From positions 13,224 through 77,223 of the forward strand of contig VXTR01000051.1 in the NCBI GenBank assembly GCA_009837355.1: a stretch of DNA of 64,000 nucleotides. Reading direction: 5' to 3'. Below, piece after piece: positions 29,575-39,503 of the stretch. Every line of letters begins with the position of its first letter. The first letter of the stretch is position 1. This DNA comes from Chloroflexota bacterium (GTDB lineage: Bacteria; Chloroflexota; Dehalococcoidia; Lucifugimonadales; UBA3495). The position numbers and the translations under genes are program-made. The notes under the pieces were generated by a model that had not been told where the DNA came from, did not search any database, and worked only from the letters and a program-made list of their open reading frames with translations.

Positions 29575-30141
29575 ATGTCCGGATTCCCCCAGGGCCGCAT
29601 ACCGATTTACCGTGACTGGACCCTGCTCCAACTGGCGGCATTGACGCTAGCGCTGGATCAGCTCACCAAGTTTGTGGCTCGCCAGACGCTGGAATGGCAT
29701 TACTCCTGGCCGGCCACCGGATTCTTTCGCTTCACCCACGTGCAGAACACCGGCAGCGCTTTCGGGCTGTTCCAAGGCAATAACCTGCCGCTGCTCATCG
29801 TTTCGCTGGTGGGCATCGTGGTGCTGGCCTACATCTACCACAGCCAGCGGCAGCCCACCCGCCTGCTGCGCGTCAGCATCTCCCTGATGCTGGGCGGCGC
29901 CTTCGGCAACCTCATCGACCGCATCCACCAGGGACACGTAACCGACTTCATCGACATTGGCCCCTGGCCGGTGTTCAACCTGGCCGACTCTGCCATCGTC
30001 ATCGGTCTGATCACAATGGGCTGGCTGCTGATAATGCGGCGGGAAAAGGAGAGCAGCGGCGAGGACGGGCCAGATGAGACCCTCACGTCATCCCTTCCTT
30101 GTGAAGGCCGAGGCAGTGAGCCGAATGACACCCCCACCTAG
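29575..30141 (+). CDS. lspA: Lipoprotein signal peptidase
   Basis: DQLTK, NTGSAFG, GAFGNLIDR, VTDFID, FNLAD. Confidence 0.95.
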   Translation: MSGFPQGRIPIYRDWTLLQLAALTLALDQLTKFVARQTLEWHYSWPATGFFRFTHVQNTGSAFGLFQGNNLPLLIVSLVGIVVLAYIYHSQRQPTRLLRVSISLMLGGAFGNLIDRIHQGHVTDFIDIGPWPVFNLADSAIVIGLITMGWLLIMRREKESSGEDGPDETLTSSLPCEGRGSEPNDTPT

Positions 30142-31096
30142 TCCTGCCCCGGCTGCGGAAGAAACGATGTACGGCGAACGCTATGAGTTCGTAGCGGCGG
30201 ACGGCGGAGCCAGGCTGGATGCGTGGCTGGCCGGCCAGCCCCAACTGGCCGCCGACGGCCTCTCCCGCAGTCGGCTCCAGGCCCTGGCCGCCGACGGCAA
30301 CGTCACCGTCAACGGAGACCCGGCCCGACCATCCCAACGCATACGCCACGGGGACGTCGTCATCGTCTCCGTGCCGCCGGCCCGGTCGCCGGCCGATTTG
30401 ATTCCCCAGGACATTCCCCTGTCCATCATCTACGAAGACAGCCATCTCGTCGTAGTGGACAAGCCGGCCGGCTTGCCGGTGCATCTCGGACCAGGCCATC
30501 CCGACGGCACGCTGGTCAACGCCCTGCTGGCCCATTGCCCTGATATTCGCGGCATCGGCGGGGAACTACGCCCCGGCATCGTCCACCGCCTGGACCGGGA
30601 TACCTCCGGCCTGCTGGTGGTCTCCAAAAGCCAAGCGGCGCATCAGAACCTCACCGAGCAGATGCAGCGTCGCACGACGCTCAAGGAGTACCTGGCCGTG
30701 GCCGTGGGCCTGGTTACGCCGGAGTCGGGCACGGTGGACGCTCCCATTGGCCGAGACCCGCGCCACCGGCAGCGCATGGCCGTCTCCGTCGGCGGACGCG
30801 ACGCGCGCACTCATTACGAAACGGTGGAGGAACTGCCCAGCCACACTCTGTTGAGGCTGCGCCTGGAAACCGGCCGCACTCACCAGATTCGGGTGCATCT
30901 GGCCTGGCTGGGCTATCCTATCCTGGGAGACGAAGTGTACGGGAAAGCCAGCGGGCTGCTGCGCCGGCAATTTCTGCACGCCGCTCGGTTGGGCTTTCAG
31001 CATCCTGCCAGCGGGGAATGGTCGGAACACCAAGCGGAGTTATCGGAGGAGTTGCAGAGCGTTTTACAACAGCTGCAATCGGGCAGTGCGTTATAA
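30125..31096 (+). CDS. rluD: RluA/RluD family pseudouridine synthase
   Basis: N-terminal S4 domain, [27 protein letters not shown]; start 30125 or 30167. Confidence 0.88.
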   Translation: MTPPPSPAPAAEETMYGERYEFVAADGGARLDAWLAGQPQLAADGLSRSRLQALAADGNVTVNGDPARPSQRIRHGDVVIVSVPPARSPADLIPQDIPLSIIYEDSHLVVVDKPAGLPVHLGPGHPDGTLVNALLAHCPDIRGIGGELRPGIVHRLDRDTSGLLVVSKSQAAHQNLTEQMQRRTTLKEYLAVAVGLVTPESGTVDAPIGRDPRHRQRMAVSVGGRDARTHYETVEELPSHTLLRLRLETGRTHQIRVHLAWLGYPILGDEVYGKASGLLRRQFLHAARLGFQHPASGEWSEHQAELSEELQSVLQQLQSGSAL

Positions 31097-31148
31097 TCAA
31101 TTGGTGGACTGCATCGGCAGCGAATTTTTGAGGTCAAGCAACGGGAAA

Positions 31149-32843
31149 ATGAGCGACAACGTAACCACTACGACGGGAGACCTTCCCACCGATTTCATCC
31201 GCAGCATTATCAACGACGACCAGGCGGCCGGGGCCTACGATGGCCGCGTGGTAACCCGTTTTCCTCCCGAACCCAACGGTTATCTGCACATCGGACACGC
31301 CAAGTCCATCTGTCTCAACTTCGGCGTGGGCGAGCAGTACGACGGTGCTCGCTGCCATATGCGCTTTGACGACACTAATCCCACGCGGGAGGACATCGAG
31401 TACGTGGAATCCATCCTAGCTGATGTCCAGTGGCTGGGCTTCGATTGGGGCGAGCACCTGTACTACGCCTCCGACTACTTTGAGCAGTTGTACCGGTACG
31501 CCGAGCAGCTGATTCTGGACGGCAACGCCTACGTGGACGGCCTCACCGCCGACGAAATGCGCGAGTACCGGGGCACTCTGACGGAGCCCGGGCGGGAAAG
31601 CCCCTGGCGCAATCGCTCCACCGAGGAAAACCTGGATCTGTTTCGCCGGATGCGTGCCGGCGAGTTTTCCGACGGCGATTACGTCCTGCGCGCCAGAATT
31701 GACATGGCCTCCCCCAACCTGAATATGCGCGACCCGGTGCTGTACCGCATCCGCCACGCCGAGCACCACCGCACCGGCGACGACTGGTGCATCTATCCCA
31801 TGTACGACTACGCTCATTCGCTGTCCGACTCCATCGAGGGAATCACCCACTCCCTCTGCACGCTGGAGTTCGAAGACCACCGGCCCCTCTACGACTGGTG
31901 CCAGGAAGCTCTGGGCATCTACCGCAGCCGGCAGATTGAGTTTGCCCGCCTGAACCTCACCCACACCGTGATGAGCAAGCGGAGGCTCCGGCAACTGGTG
32001 GAGGAGGGCCACGTGAACGGCTGGGATGATCCGCGGATGCCCACCATCAGCGCCCTGCGCCGGCGGGGCTACACGCCCGAATCCATCCGCGATATGTGCG
32101 AACGGGTCGGCGTAGCCCGGCGCAACACCGTAACCGAGCTGGCCCTGCTGGAGCACTGCCTGCGGGAAGACCTGAACCGTCACGCGCCCCGGCGCATGGC
32201 CGTGCTACACCCTCTGAAAGTGGTCATCACCAACTATCCGGAGGGCGAGAGCGAAGAGTTTCAGGCCATCAACAATCCCGAGGACGAAACCATGGGGACG
32301 CGCGGCGTGCCCTTCAGCCGGGAAATCTACATCGAGCGGGACGATTTCATGGAAGACCCGCCCCGTCGGTTCTACCGCCTGTCACCAGGCCGGGAGGTGC
32401 GGCTGCGCTACGCCTGCCTGATAACCTGCACCGACGTGGTGAAAGACGCTGACGGCAACGTGGTGGAGGTCCACTGTACCTACGACCCGGACAGTCGCGG
32501 CGGCAACGCTCCCGACGGGCGGCGGGTGCAGGGAACGATTCATTGGGTTTCGGCAGCCCACGCCGTGCCGCTGGAAGCGCGGCTGTACGACAACCTGTTC
32601 ACTGAGGCCGACCCAGCCGGCAGCGACGCCGACTTCCTGAAACTGATCAACCATGATTCGCTGGAAGTGGTGACGGCCCTGGCCGAACCGGCCCTGGCCT
32701 CGGCCAACGTCGGCGACCGCTACCAGTTTGAGCGGCTGGGCTACTTCTGCGCCGACGTTGATACCAAACCCGGAGCGCCGGTGTTCAACCGGACGACCAC
32801 GCTGCGGGACACGTGGGCGCGGATAAGCGGGCGGCAGCAGTAG
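31149..32843 (+). CDS. glnS: Glutamine--tRNA ligase
   Basis: [40 protein letters not shown]. Confidence 0.95.
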   Translation: MSDNVTTTTGDLPTDFIRSIINDDQAAGAYDGRVVTRFPPEPNGYLHIGHAKSICLNFGVGEQYDGARCHMRFDDTNPTREDIEYVESILADVQWLGFDWGEHLYYASDYFEQLYRYAEQLILDGNAYVDGLTADEMREYRGTLTEPGRESPWRNRSTEENLDLFRRMRAGEFSDGDYVLRARIDMASPNLNMRDPVLYRIRHAEHHRTGDDWCIYPMYDYAHSLSDSIEGITHSLCTLEFEDHRPLYDWCQEALGIYRSRQIEFARLNLTHTVMSKRRLRQLVEEGHVNGWDDPRMPTISALRRRGYTPESIRDMCERVGVARRNTVTELALLEHCLREDLNRHAPRRMAVLHPLKVVITNYPEGESEEFQAINNPEDETMGTRGVPFSREIYIERDDFMEDPPRRFYRLSPGREVRLRYACLITCTDVVKDADGNVVEVHCTYDPDSRGGNAPDGRRVQGTIHWVSAAHAVPLEARLYDNLFTEADPAGSDADFLKLINHDSLEVVTALAEPALASANVGDRYQFERLGYFCADVDTKPGAPVFNRTTTLRDTWARISGRQQ

Positions 32844-32866
32844 AGATATTCGAGGAGGACAACACT

Positions 32867-34339
32867 GTGTCGGATAACGTTCGGGTGCGCTATGCGCCCA
32901 GCCCTACGGGCAACCCGCACATCGGCAATATCCGCACCGCCATGTTCAACTGGCTGTTCGCCCGTCGCCATGACGGCCAGTTCATCGTGCGGGTAGAGGA
33001 CACCGACCAGGGCCGCATCACCGAAGGAGCGGTTGACCACATCCTCGACGGCCTGGAGTGGCTGGGCATCGACTGGGACGAAGGGCCCCGTGTCGGCGGC
33101 CCCTATGGCCCCTACTTTCAGTCCGAACGCTTGGAGCGCTATAACGCGGCCGCGGAGCAATTGGTGGCCTCCGGCAAGGCATACCGCTGCTACTGCACGC
33201 CTGAGCGGGTGGCAGAGCTGCGCAAGGAGCAGGCACGCAACAAGCAGCGGCAGGGTTACGACAGCCATTGCCGGTTCCTGACCGGCGAGGAGCGCGAGGA
33301 GAAAGAATCCCAGGGATTGTCCTGGGTGGTGCGGTTCGCCATGCCACAATCGGGCGTTACGTCGGTGGAAGACGTCATCCGGGGGCACGTGGAGTGGCAA
33401 AACGAGCTGACCGATGACTTTGTGCTGGTAAAGTCCGACGGCTTCCCCACTTACCACATGGCGGTGGTGGTGGACGACCACGCCATGGACATCAGCCACG
33501 TGCTGCGGGCGGAGGAATGGCTGCCCAGCACGCCGCGCCACGTCCAGTTGTTTCGTGCGCTGGACTTGCCCATGCCACGGTTCGGCCACCTGCCCATGAT
33601 TCTCGGCTCCGACCGGGCCAAGCTCTCCAAGCGGCACGGGGCCACCTCGCTGATGGAATACCGGGACGACGGCTTTGTGCCTGAGGCTTTGATTAACTTC
33701 ATGGCGCTGCTGGGCTGGTCCCTGGACGGCGAGACCGACGTGATGACCGTGGACACCATCAGAGAACACTTCACACTGGAGCGCGTGGGCAAGCCGGCGG
33801 CCATCTTCGACCTTGACAAGCTCCAGTGGATGAACGGGATGTACCTCCGGCAGCTGGACGTCAGCGACCTGGCCGACCGTATTCGGCCTTTCCTGGAAAG
33901 CGCGTATCCCGCCGACCTGTTGCCCATCGACCGGGAATACTTGCTGCGCATCACTCCGCTGGTCCAGGAACGCATCAAAACTCTAGCGGAGGCGCCGGAG
34001 ATGCTGTCGTATTTCTTTGATGACACCCTGGAGTACGACCCGGACAGCCTGGTGCAGCGCGGCATGGATACGCCAAGTACGATGGCCTTGTTGCGAAGGG
34101 CGGCCGACGACCTTGGGAAGGTCGATCCCGCCGACTTTGGCCATGAACATCTGGAAGGGCTGCTGAGGGCGACAGGCCAAGAACTTGAACTGTCGGGCCG
34201 GCAGTTTTTCGGCGCGCTGAGAACTGCCATCACGGGGCGCACCGCTACTCCGCCGCTGTTTGAGATGATGGAAGTGATGGGAGCGGAGCGTGTTACGCAA
34301 CGGCTGGCGGCAGCGGTGGCGAATCTGTCTTCCCACTAA
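32867..34339 (+). CDS. gltX: Glutamate--tRNA ligase
   Basis: VRYAPSPTGNPHIG, RVEDTD, YRCYC, KLSKRHG; GAGGAGG RBS. Confidence 0.95.
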   Translation: MSDNVRVRYAPSPTGNPHIGNIRTAMFNWLFARRHDGQFIVRVEDTDQGRITEGAVDHILDGLEWLGIDWDEGPRVGGPYGPYFQSERLERYNAAAEQLVASGKAYRCYCTPERVAELRKEQARNKQRQGYDSHCRFLTGEEREEKESQGLSWVVRFAMPQSGVTSVEDVIRGHVEWQNELTDDFVLVKSDGFPTYHMAVVVDDHAMDISHVLRAEEWLPSTPRHVQLFRALDLPMPRFGHLPMILGSDRAKLSKRHGATSLMEYRDDGFVPEALINFMALLGWSLDGETDVMTVDTIREHFTLERVGKPAAIFDLDKLQWMNGMYLRQLDVSDLADRIRPFLESAYPADLLPIDREYLLRITPLVQERIKTLAEAPEMLSYFFDDTLEYDPDSLVQRGMDTPSTMALLRRAADDLGKVDPADFGHEHLEGLLRATGQELELSGRQFFGALRTAITGRTATPPLFEMMEVMGAERVTQRLAAAVANLSSH

Positions 34340-35259
34340 TCGCCATCCGTTTTGTCGGGCATTGGCTGACCGCAGTGGGGGCATACGTCGCCATTCTGTG
34401 GGTGGCCGGCGTCGTAACGAACAGCTGTATCCTCGGCAGCATCCACTTCCAGCAGGCCGGCGCTGATGATGCCGGCGGGCAGCGCGAACAGGCCGATGCC
34501 CAGCACGGCAATGACGGCGGCTAACGCCCGGCCGATGGGAGTGATGGGAACGGTGTCGCCATAGCCGACGGTGGTAAGCGTTACCACACTCCACCACATT
34601 GATGCCGGGATACTGGAAAAAATGTCGGGCTGCGCTTCGGTTTCAGCGAAATACATCAAGGTGGCCGCCATCACCAAGGCGACAATCAGAGCGACGACAG
34701 CGGTGAGCAAATGGCCGCTTTTCTGCCGCACGGCGAGGGCGAGACGGCGCGCCGCAGAGAAATAGCGGGCCAGCTTGGCGGTGCGCGTCAGCAGGCGAAC
34801 CGTCAGCAGGAAAGACAGGCTGGGGCCACCGACGCCGGAAAGCAGGATGACCACCGCAACGCCGGATGGGACCAAGGCCACTGCGTCCACCAAGGCGTGG
34901 GGCGTGACGAGATATCGCCAGCGCCGACGCCATCCCGCCGCTTCAGGGTCAGAAGCAGACTCAGGGGCAGTCCAGAATCTGAGAGCGTACTCCAGTAGAA
35001 AAATGCCGACGGTACAGTACTCGATAAGGTGAAACCAGGCGCCGTAGGATGACGCCAGATGAGGCACGGTCCATAGCACCAGGGCTGTGGAGTTGACGAC
35101 GATAATGGAAACCAGGGCGAATTCCACCATAAAGGCGGGGTCGGCCCGCACGGGCCCGCCGATCCGGAGTCCCGGAGCGACGGAGGGTTCCATCAGGGCA
35201 TACACTCGCCGCCGTAACCGCGGTGGCTGGCTGTGCTGGGAAGATTCCGTTGGATTCAT
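34336..35259 (-). CDS. Potassium channel / ion transporter (6-TM)
   Basis: WWSVVTLTTVGYGD selectivity filter; C-terminal CPHCG. Confidence 0.9.
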   Translation of the reverse strand: MNPTESSQHSQPPRLRRRVYALMEPSVAPGLRIGGPVRADPAFMVEFALVSIIVVNSTALVLWTVPHLASSYGAWFHLIEYCTVGIFLLEYALRFWTAPESASDPEAAGWRRRWRYLVTPHALVDAVALVPSGVAVVILLSGVGGPSLSFLLTVRLLTRTAKLARYFSAARRLALAVRQKSGHLLTAVVALIVALVMAATLMYFAETEAQPDIFSSIPASMWWSVVTLTTVGYGDTVPITPIGRALAAVIAVLGIGLFALPAGIISAGLLEVDAAEDTAVRYDAGHPQNGDVCPHCGQPMPDKTDGD

Positions 35260-35544
35260 AGTGTGCGGTTTGGGAAAGGTGAACGGCCGACTATTGCAGC
35301 GAAAGGTCGTTTAAATTTTTAGCCAATTTTGATAAAATAGCCAAAATCTGCAATTTCCTGTATTGACTTACGCAGCGCATAGGGCGGTAAAGTGGGAGCG
35401 GCAAATTGGTTTCCGCCGATAACAACGCGAGGCGCCGGAAACGCTAACCGAATCCCGGCGCTTCAATCATACAAAGTCGACGGCAGCGATTGATAGGGGC
35501 TGGACATCCGATTGTAGGGAAGTTGGTTTAACGGGGAGATTGCA

Positions 35545-36375
35545 ATGCTCGCTACTGGGGTAACGGTGATCAGCGACGGGGTGTTCAAGGTGGACGGCGG
35601 CGCCGTCTTCGGCCGGATGCCGAAGATGATGTGGGAGAACCTGGTCACCACCGACCGGAAAAACCGGCTGACGATGGGGCTGAACTGCTTGCTGTTGCAT
35701 ATCAGCGGGCGCAACATCCTGGTGGATACCGGAGTCGGGCCCAAGGACACCGTGCGGGACAAGGAAATGTACGGCCTGGTGCCTAGCCGGCTCATGCGCA
35801 GCCTGAAAGGGCTGGGGCTGGGGCCGAAGGACATTGACGGCGTGGTACTGTCTCACCTTCATTTCAGCCACGCCGGCGGCGCTACCCGCATGGACCGCCA
35901 GGGAGACATGGTGCCTTCCTTTCCAAAGGCAACGTACTACGTTCAGCGCGAGGCTTGGGAAGACGCACAACAACCTTCCCCTCGCCACGCCGACATCTTC
36001 TGCTCGGACGAACTGGCGCCAATCCACGAGCGCGGTCAGCTCGAGTTGCTCGACGGAGACACCGAGCTCTTCCCGGGGTTGAACCTGCTGGTTGCCGACG
36101 GTCATTGCAAGGGCCACCAGATTGTCGTATTCAGCCACGGCGGGGAACGCATCGTTTATCTGGGCGACCTGGCCCCCACTCCTTTCCATCTCGGACTGAC
36201 GGTGCTGTCATCCTTTGATCACGAGCCGGAGGCTGTGATGGACCAGAAACGGGACATCCTCGCCGACGCCGAAAAGCAGGGCTGGCTGATGGTCTTTGCC
36301 CATGGACACGAGACCAGGGCCGGCTACCTGGAACGGCGTCAGGATATGACTTACCTAAGGCCGGTGGAGATCTAG
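35545..36375 (+). CDS. MBL-fold metallo-hydrolase (YtnP-like) with a variant HxHxSH motif
   Basis: DGGAVFG..PK..W, LVDTG, SHLHFSHAGG, GHCKGHQ, GDL, FAH. Confidence 0.85.
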   Translation: MLATGVTVISDGVFKVDGGAVFGRMPKMMWENLVTTDRKNRLTMGLNCLLLHISGRNILVDTGVGPKDTVRDKEMYGLVPSRLMRSLKGLGLGPKDIDGVVLSHLHFSHAGGATRMDRQGDMVPSFPKATYYVQREAWEDAQQPSPRHADIFCSDELAPIHERGQLELLDGDTELFPGLNLLVADGHCKGHQIVVFSHGGERIVYLGDLAPTPFHLGLTVLSSFDHEPEAVMDQKRDILADAEKQGWLMVFAHGHETRAGYLERRQDMTYLRPVEI

Positions 36376-36379
36376 TCCG

Positions 36380-36419
36380 CCCCCTCACCCCAACCCTGTC
36401 AGGCCAGGGGAGAGCGAGT
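36380..36419 (+). repeat. REP-like palindrome family A, intergenic copy between convergent genes
   Basis: ccccctcaccccaaccctgtcaggccaggggagagcgagt. Confidence 0.7.
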
Positions 36420-37732
36420 CATTCGGCATCCAGGGTAGCCAGCATCGCCTTGCCTTCGGGCCGAATCAGACGGGCCGGCGTGATGCGATTGGCGAGGTCG
36501 AGGCTGGTCTCCGCGGCTACACGCACGTAGTTGTCGGTGAGGCCGCTCCAGCGCATCGCCGCACCGTTGGATGCAGGGCGGTTCGTTTCCCACAGCACCG
36601 GGCGTGTCTGTCCGGCCAAGCGGTTGCGATAGTCGGCGAACCCCTCCTCCGCAACGGCAGACATCTCGGTGGCCCGACGGCGTTTCTCGGCAGCGTCAAC
36701 CTGACTGGACAGATAGTTCGCCGTAGTCCCGGGGCGTTGTGAGTAGGGGAACACGTGCACGTCGGCAAAGCGCATTTCGGCCACCAGCGCCAGGCTCGCT
36801 CCGTGGGCACCAGCGTCCTCGCCGGGGAAACCGACGATGACGTCGGCGGTGATGGCGGCGTTGGGAACACGGTCTCGAATCAGGCTGACGGCGCGCCGGT
36901 AGGTGTCGCAGTCGTAGCGGCGGCGCATGGCCCGCAAGGTAGTATCGCAGCCGCTCTGCAGTGGCACGTGGAAATGGGGGCACAGGCGCGGGTCGTGCCA
37001 GAGTTCCAACAGGCCGGGGCTGATTTCGTGGGCCTGCAGCGAGGATACGCGGAGCCTGGGCAGGTCGGTTTCGGCCAGGATGCGGGCCAACAGCCGCGTC
37101 AAGTCCAGGTTGTCCAGATCGAAGCCGTAGGTGCCCAGCTGAGTTCCGGTCAAGGCTGCTTCCTTGAACCCGTCGGCAACGTGGCGGTTGATGGCGGCGA
37201 CTAATTCATCCGCGGGGATGCTGCGCTCGCGGCCACGCACCTTGGGCACGATGCAATAGGCGCAAACCTGGTCGCAGCCCTCCTGAATCTTGACCATTGC
37301 GCGGCTGCGGCGCAGGATGCCGGCGCTGCTGCTCTCTCCCTCGATGGGTTGGGGCAAGGGTGAGAGCGTGCGCTTGCCGTTCCGACGCGTCAGCTCGGTG
37401 ATGGCCAAGCCGGCCAGTTCGGGCTTCTCCTGATTGCCGACCACCAGCGACACTTCGGCCATCCGGCGCAGTTCCTCGGCGGCCCGCTGCGGGTAGCAGC
37501 CGGCGGCCACTACCAGAGCGTCCGGATTGGCCCGGCGGGCGGCCCGCAAGGCGTGGCGAGCCTTGGCGTCGGCGGTGGCGGTTACCGTGCAGGTGTTGAC
37601 GATGATGATGTCGGCGTCGGCGTTGGCATCCACCAGCCGGTAGCCGGCTTGGGCGAACTGTCGGGCCAGCACGGCGCTGTCGGCCTGGTTCAGCTTGCAG
37701 CCGTGGGTTTCGATGGCAACGGTTCCAGGCAT
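36419..37732 (-). CDS. mtaB: tRNA t6A37 methylthiotransferase MtaB (MiaB family)
   Basis: THGCKLNQAD, NTCTVT, GCY, KIQEGCDQVCAYCIVP, HVFPYS.RPGT. Confidence 0.9.
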   Translation of the reverse strand: MPGTVAIETHGCKLNQADSAVLARQFAQAGYRLVDANADADIIIVNTCTVTATADAKARHALRAARRANPDALVVAAGCYPQRAAEELRRMAEVSLVVGNQEKPELAGLAITELTRRNGKRTLSPLPQPIEGESSSAGILRRSRAMVKIQEGCDQVCAYCIVPKVRGRERSIPADELVAAINRHVADGFKEAALTGTQLGTYGFDLDNLDLTRLLARILAETDLPRLRVSSLQAHEISPGLLELWHDPRLCPHFHVPLQSGCDTTLRAMRRRYDCDTYRRAVSLIRDRVPNAAITADVIVGFPGEDAGAHGASLALVAEMRFADVHVFPYSQRPGTTANYLSSQVDAAEKRRRATEMSAVAEEGFADYRNRLAGQTRPVLWETNRPASNGAAMRWSGLTDNYVRVAAETSLDLANRITPARLIRPEGKAMLATLDAE

Positions 37733-37739
37733 AACGACT

Positions 37740-38201
37740 TCACCTGCCGAAGTCGGCGACGTTATCGTCGGGGTCGGCGGAGGGGATGGGACTGTCGCCG
37801 CCGGGGATGCGCGCCACCAGACGCTCAACGGCTTCAGTCAAGTCGTCCATGGCCAGGAAAAGGTAGTCAACGCGGCTGCGGCGTTCGCGCACTCGCTCGG
37901 CGGCGTCGGACAGGGCCGACAGATGGTCAAAGGCGTCGCGGATATAGCGGTCCCGTTCTTGTTCGCCCAGACGCCGGAGAAAATCCCGCAGGGCTTGGTC
38001 CGAGTCTGCGGCCTCGCCGTACCACAGCGCTACGCCGCGGGCCGCCGCAACCAGGCTGCCCCACAGCAGCTCCTCGGACTGGCTCCACCGGCCGCGACCC
38101 ATGGCGGTCTGGGCCGAATCCAGCAGACGCAATGCCTGGCTGCGGTAGCGGGTCAGCCGGGCTTCCAGGGACAGCGAGGCAGCGGCGTGATGGGAGGTCA
38201 T
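37740..38201 (-). CDS. Hypothetical helical protein, PaREP1/HEPN-like N-terminus
   Basis: A.RLL..A......G...QSEELLWG pattern; host-like codon use; lies directly upstream of mtaB. Confidence 0.55.
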   Translation of the reverse strand: MTSHHAAASLSLEARLTRYRSQALRLLDSAQTAMGRGRWSQSEELLWGSLVAAARGVALWYGEAADSDQALRDFLRRLGEQERDRYIRDAFDHLSALSDAAERVRERRSRVDYLFLAMDDLTEAVERLVARIPGGDSPIPSADPDDNVADFGR

Positions 38202-38294
38202 GGCAGTTTGATTTTAGCACAGCGAGCTGGGCAGCCGTGTAGTACACTGCTGGGCAGCTATTAGCAGCCGGGCTATCACCGGAGGATTACGCCA

Positions 38295-39497
38295 ATGTCC
38301 ACAGTCGCCCCCTTTCGGCACACCGCCTACCCGGTACGGGTTCATGCCGGCGATGACGCCCTGTCCAACCTGCGGTCGGCGGTGCAGCGCACCGGAGCCC
38401 GACGGCCTTTCGTGGTTTGTGGGAAGTCAATAGCCAACCGCACCAACCTGCTGGAGCGGATTGCCGAAGCGTTGGGAGAGCCGCCGGTGGGAGTGTTTGA
38501 CGGCGTGCAGACCGGTTCGCCGGTTCCGGCGGTGTTGGAGGGCACGCGGATGGCGCAGGAAGCCGAGGCCGACCTGATTATAGCGGTGGGCGGCGGTAGC
38601 GCGGTGGTAACGGCCCGGGCCATAATCATCCTGCTGGCGGAGGACGGCGACCCGCAGGATCTCGCCACCAAGTACCCGCCGGGGCAGCCGCCGGTCAGCC
38701 CTCGGCTGTTGCGGCCAAAGCTCCCCAACATCCTGGTACTGACCACGCCGACCACGGCGGCGACACGGGCCGGCACGGCAGTTGTCGATGGGGAAACCGG
38801 CCACCGGCTGGAGATGTTCGACCCCAAGACGCGGCCGGCGGCGGTAATCTGGGACACGGAGGCACTGCTGACCGCGCCGGCCGACCTGTGCGTCAGCGCG
38901 TCCGCCTCGTTGTTCAGCGGAGTAGTCAGCGCGTTGCAAGGCCCGTCAGTGAACGCGATGGCAATGGCCGACCTGTTGGCGTCCCTGGGGCTGCTGGTGG
39001 AAAACCTGCCCACGGCGCGCAAGGATGCATCGGATGGAGCGGCCCGGGTCAACCTGTGCGTGGCGTCGTTCATGTACAACCGGGCGTGGGACACCGGCGC
39101 CAGCGGTTCGGCGTTGGGCGTGGTTACCGCGCTGGCCCACAGCCTAGATACACGCTACCTCGATTGCAGTCACGGAGCGGCGTATTCCATCCTCAGTGCG
39201 CCGGGGATGAGGTTCAACCGGGACAGCAACGTTGCCGGCCAGGCGCGGGTCGCCGACGCGCTGGGCGTGCGAGAGCAGGGCGCCGACGATGTTGATGCGG
39301 CCGACTCGGCAGCCGACGCCGTAGCCGGGTTCTTTGAGGCAATCGGCCTACCGGTGAGCCTGCGCGACGTCGGCGTGCCGGCCGACGGCATCAGGGAAAT
39401 CGCCGAGGATGCGATGACCGACTTCGGGCTGCACCGCAACGTGCGTCCAGTGCGGGGAGTTGAGGAGCTGGAATCGGTGCTGCGGGGAGCGTGGTAA
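38295..39497 (+). CDS. Iron-containing alcohol dehydrogenase / maleylacetate reductase family protein with a degenerate metal site
   Basis: IAVGGGS, TTPTT, LAHSL, SHG, GLP.SLRDVGV; GGAGG RBS. Confidence 0.82.
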   Translation: MSTVAPFRHTAYPVRVHAGDDALSNLRSAVQRTGARRPFVVCGKSIANRTNLLERIAEALGEPPVGVFDGVQTGSPVPAVLEGTRMAQEAEADLIIAVGGGSAVVTARAIIILLAEDGDPQDLATKYPPGQPPVSPRLLRPKLPNILVLTTPTTAATRAGTAVVDGETGHRLEMFDPKTRPAAVIWDTEALLTAPADLCVSASASLFSGVVSALQGPSVNAMAMADLLASLGLLVENLPTARKDASDGAARVNLCVASFMYNRAWDTGASGSALGVVTALAHSLDTRYLDCSHGAAYSILSAPGMRFNRDSNVAGQARVADALGVREQGADDVDAADSAADAVAGFFEAIGLPVSLRDVGVPADGIREIAEDAMTDFGLHRNVRPVRGVEELESVLRGAW

Positions 39498-39503
39498 ACC
39501 CAC

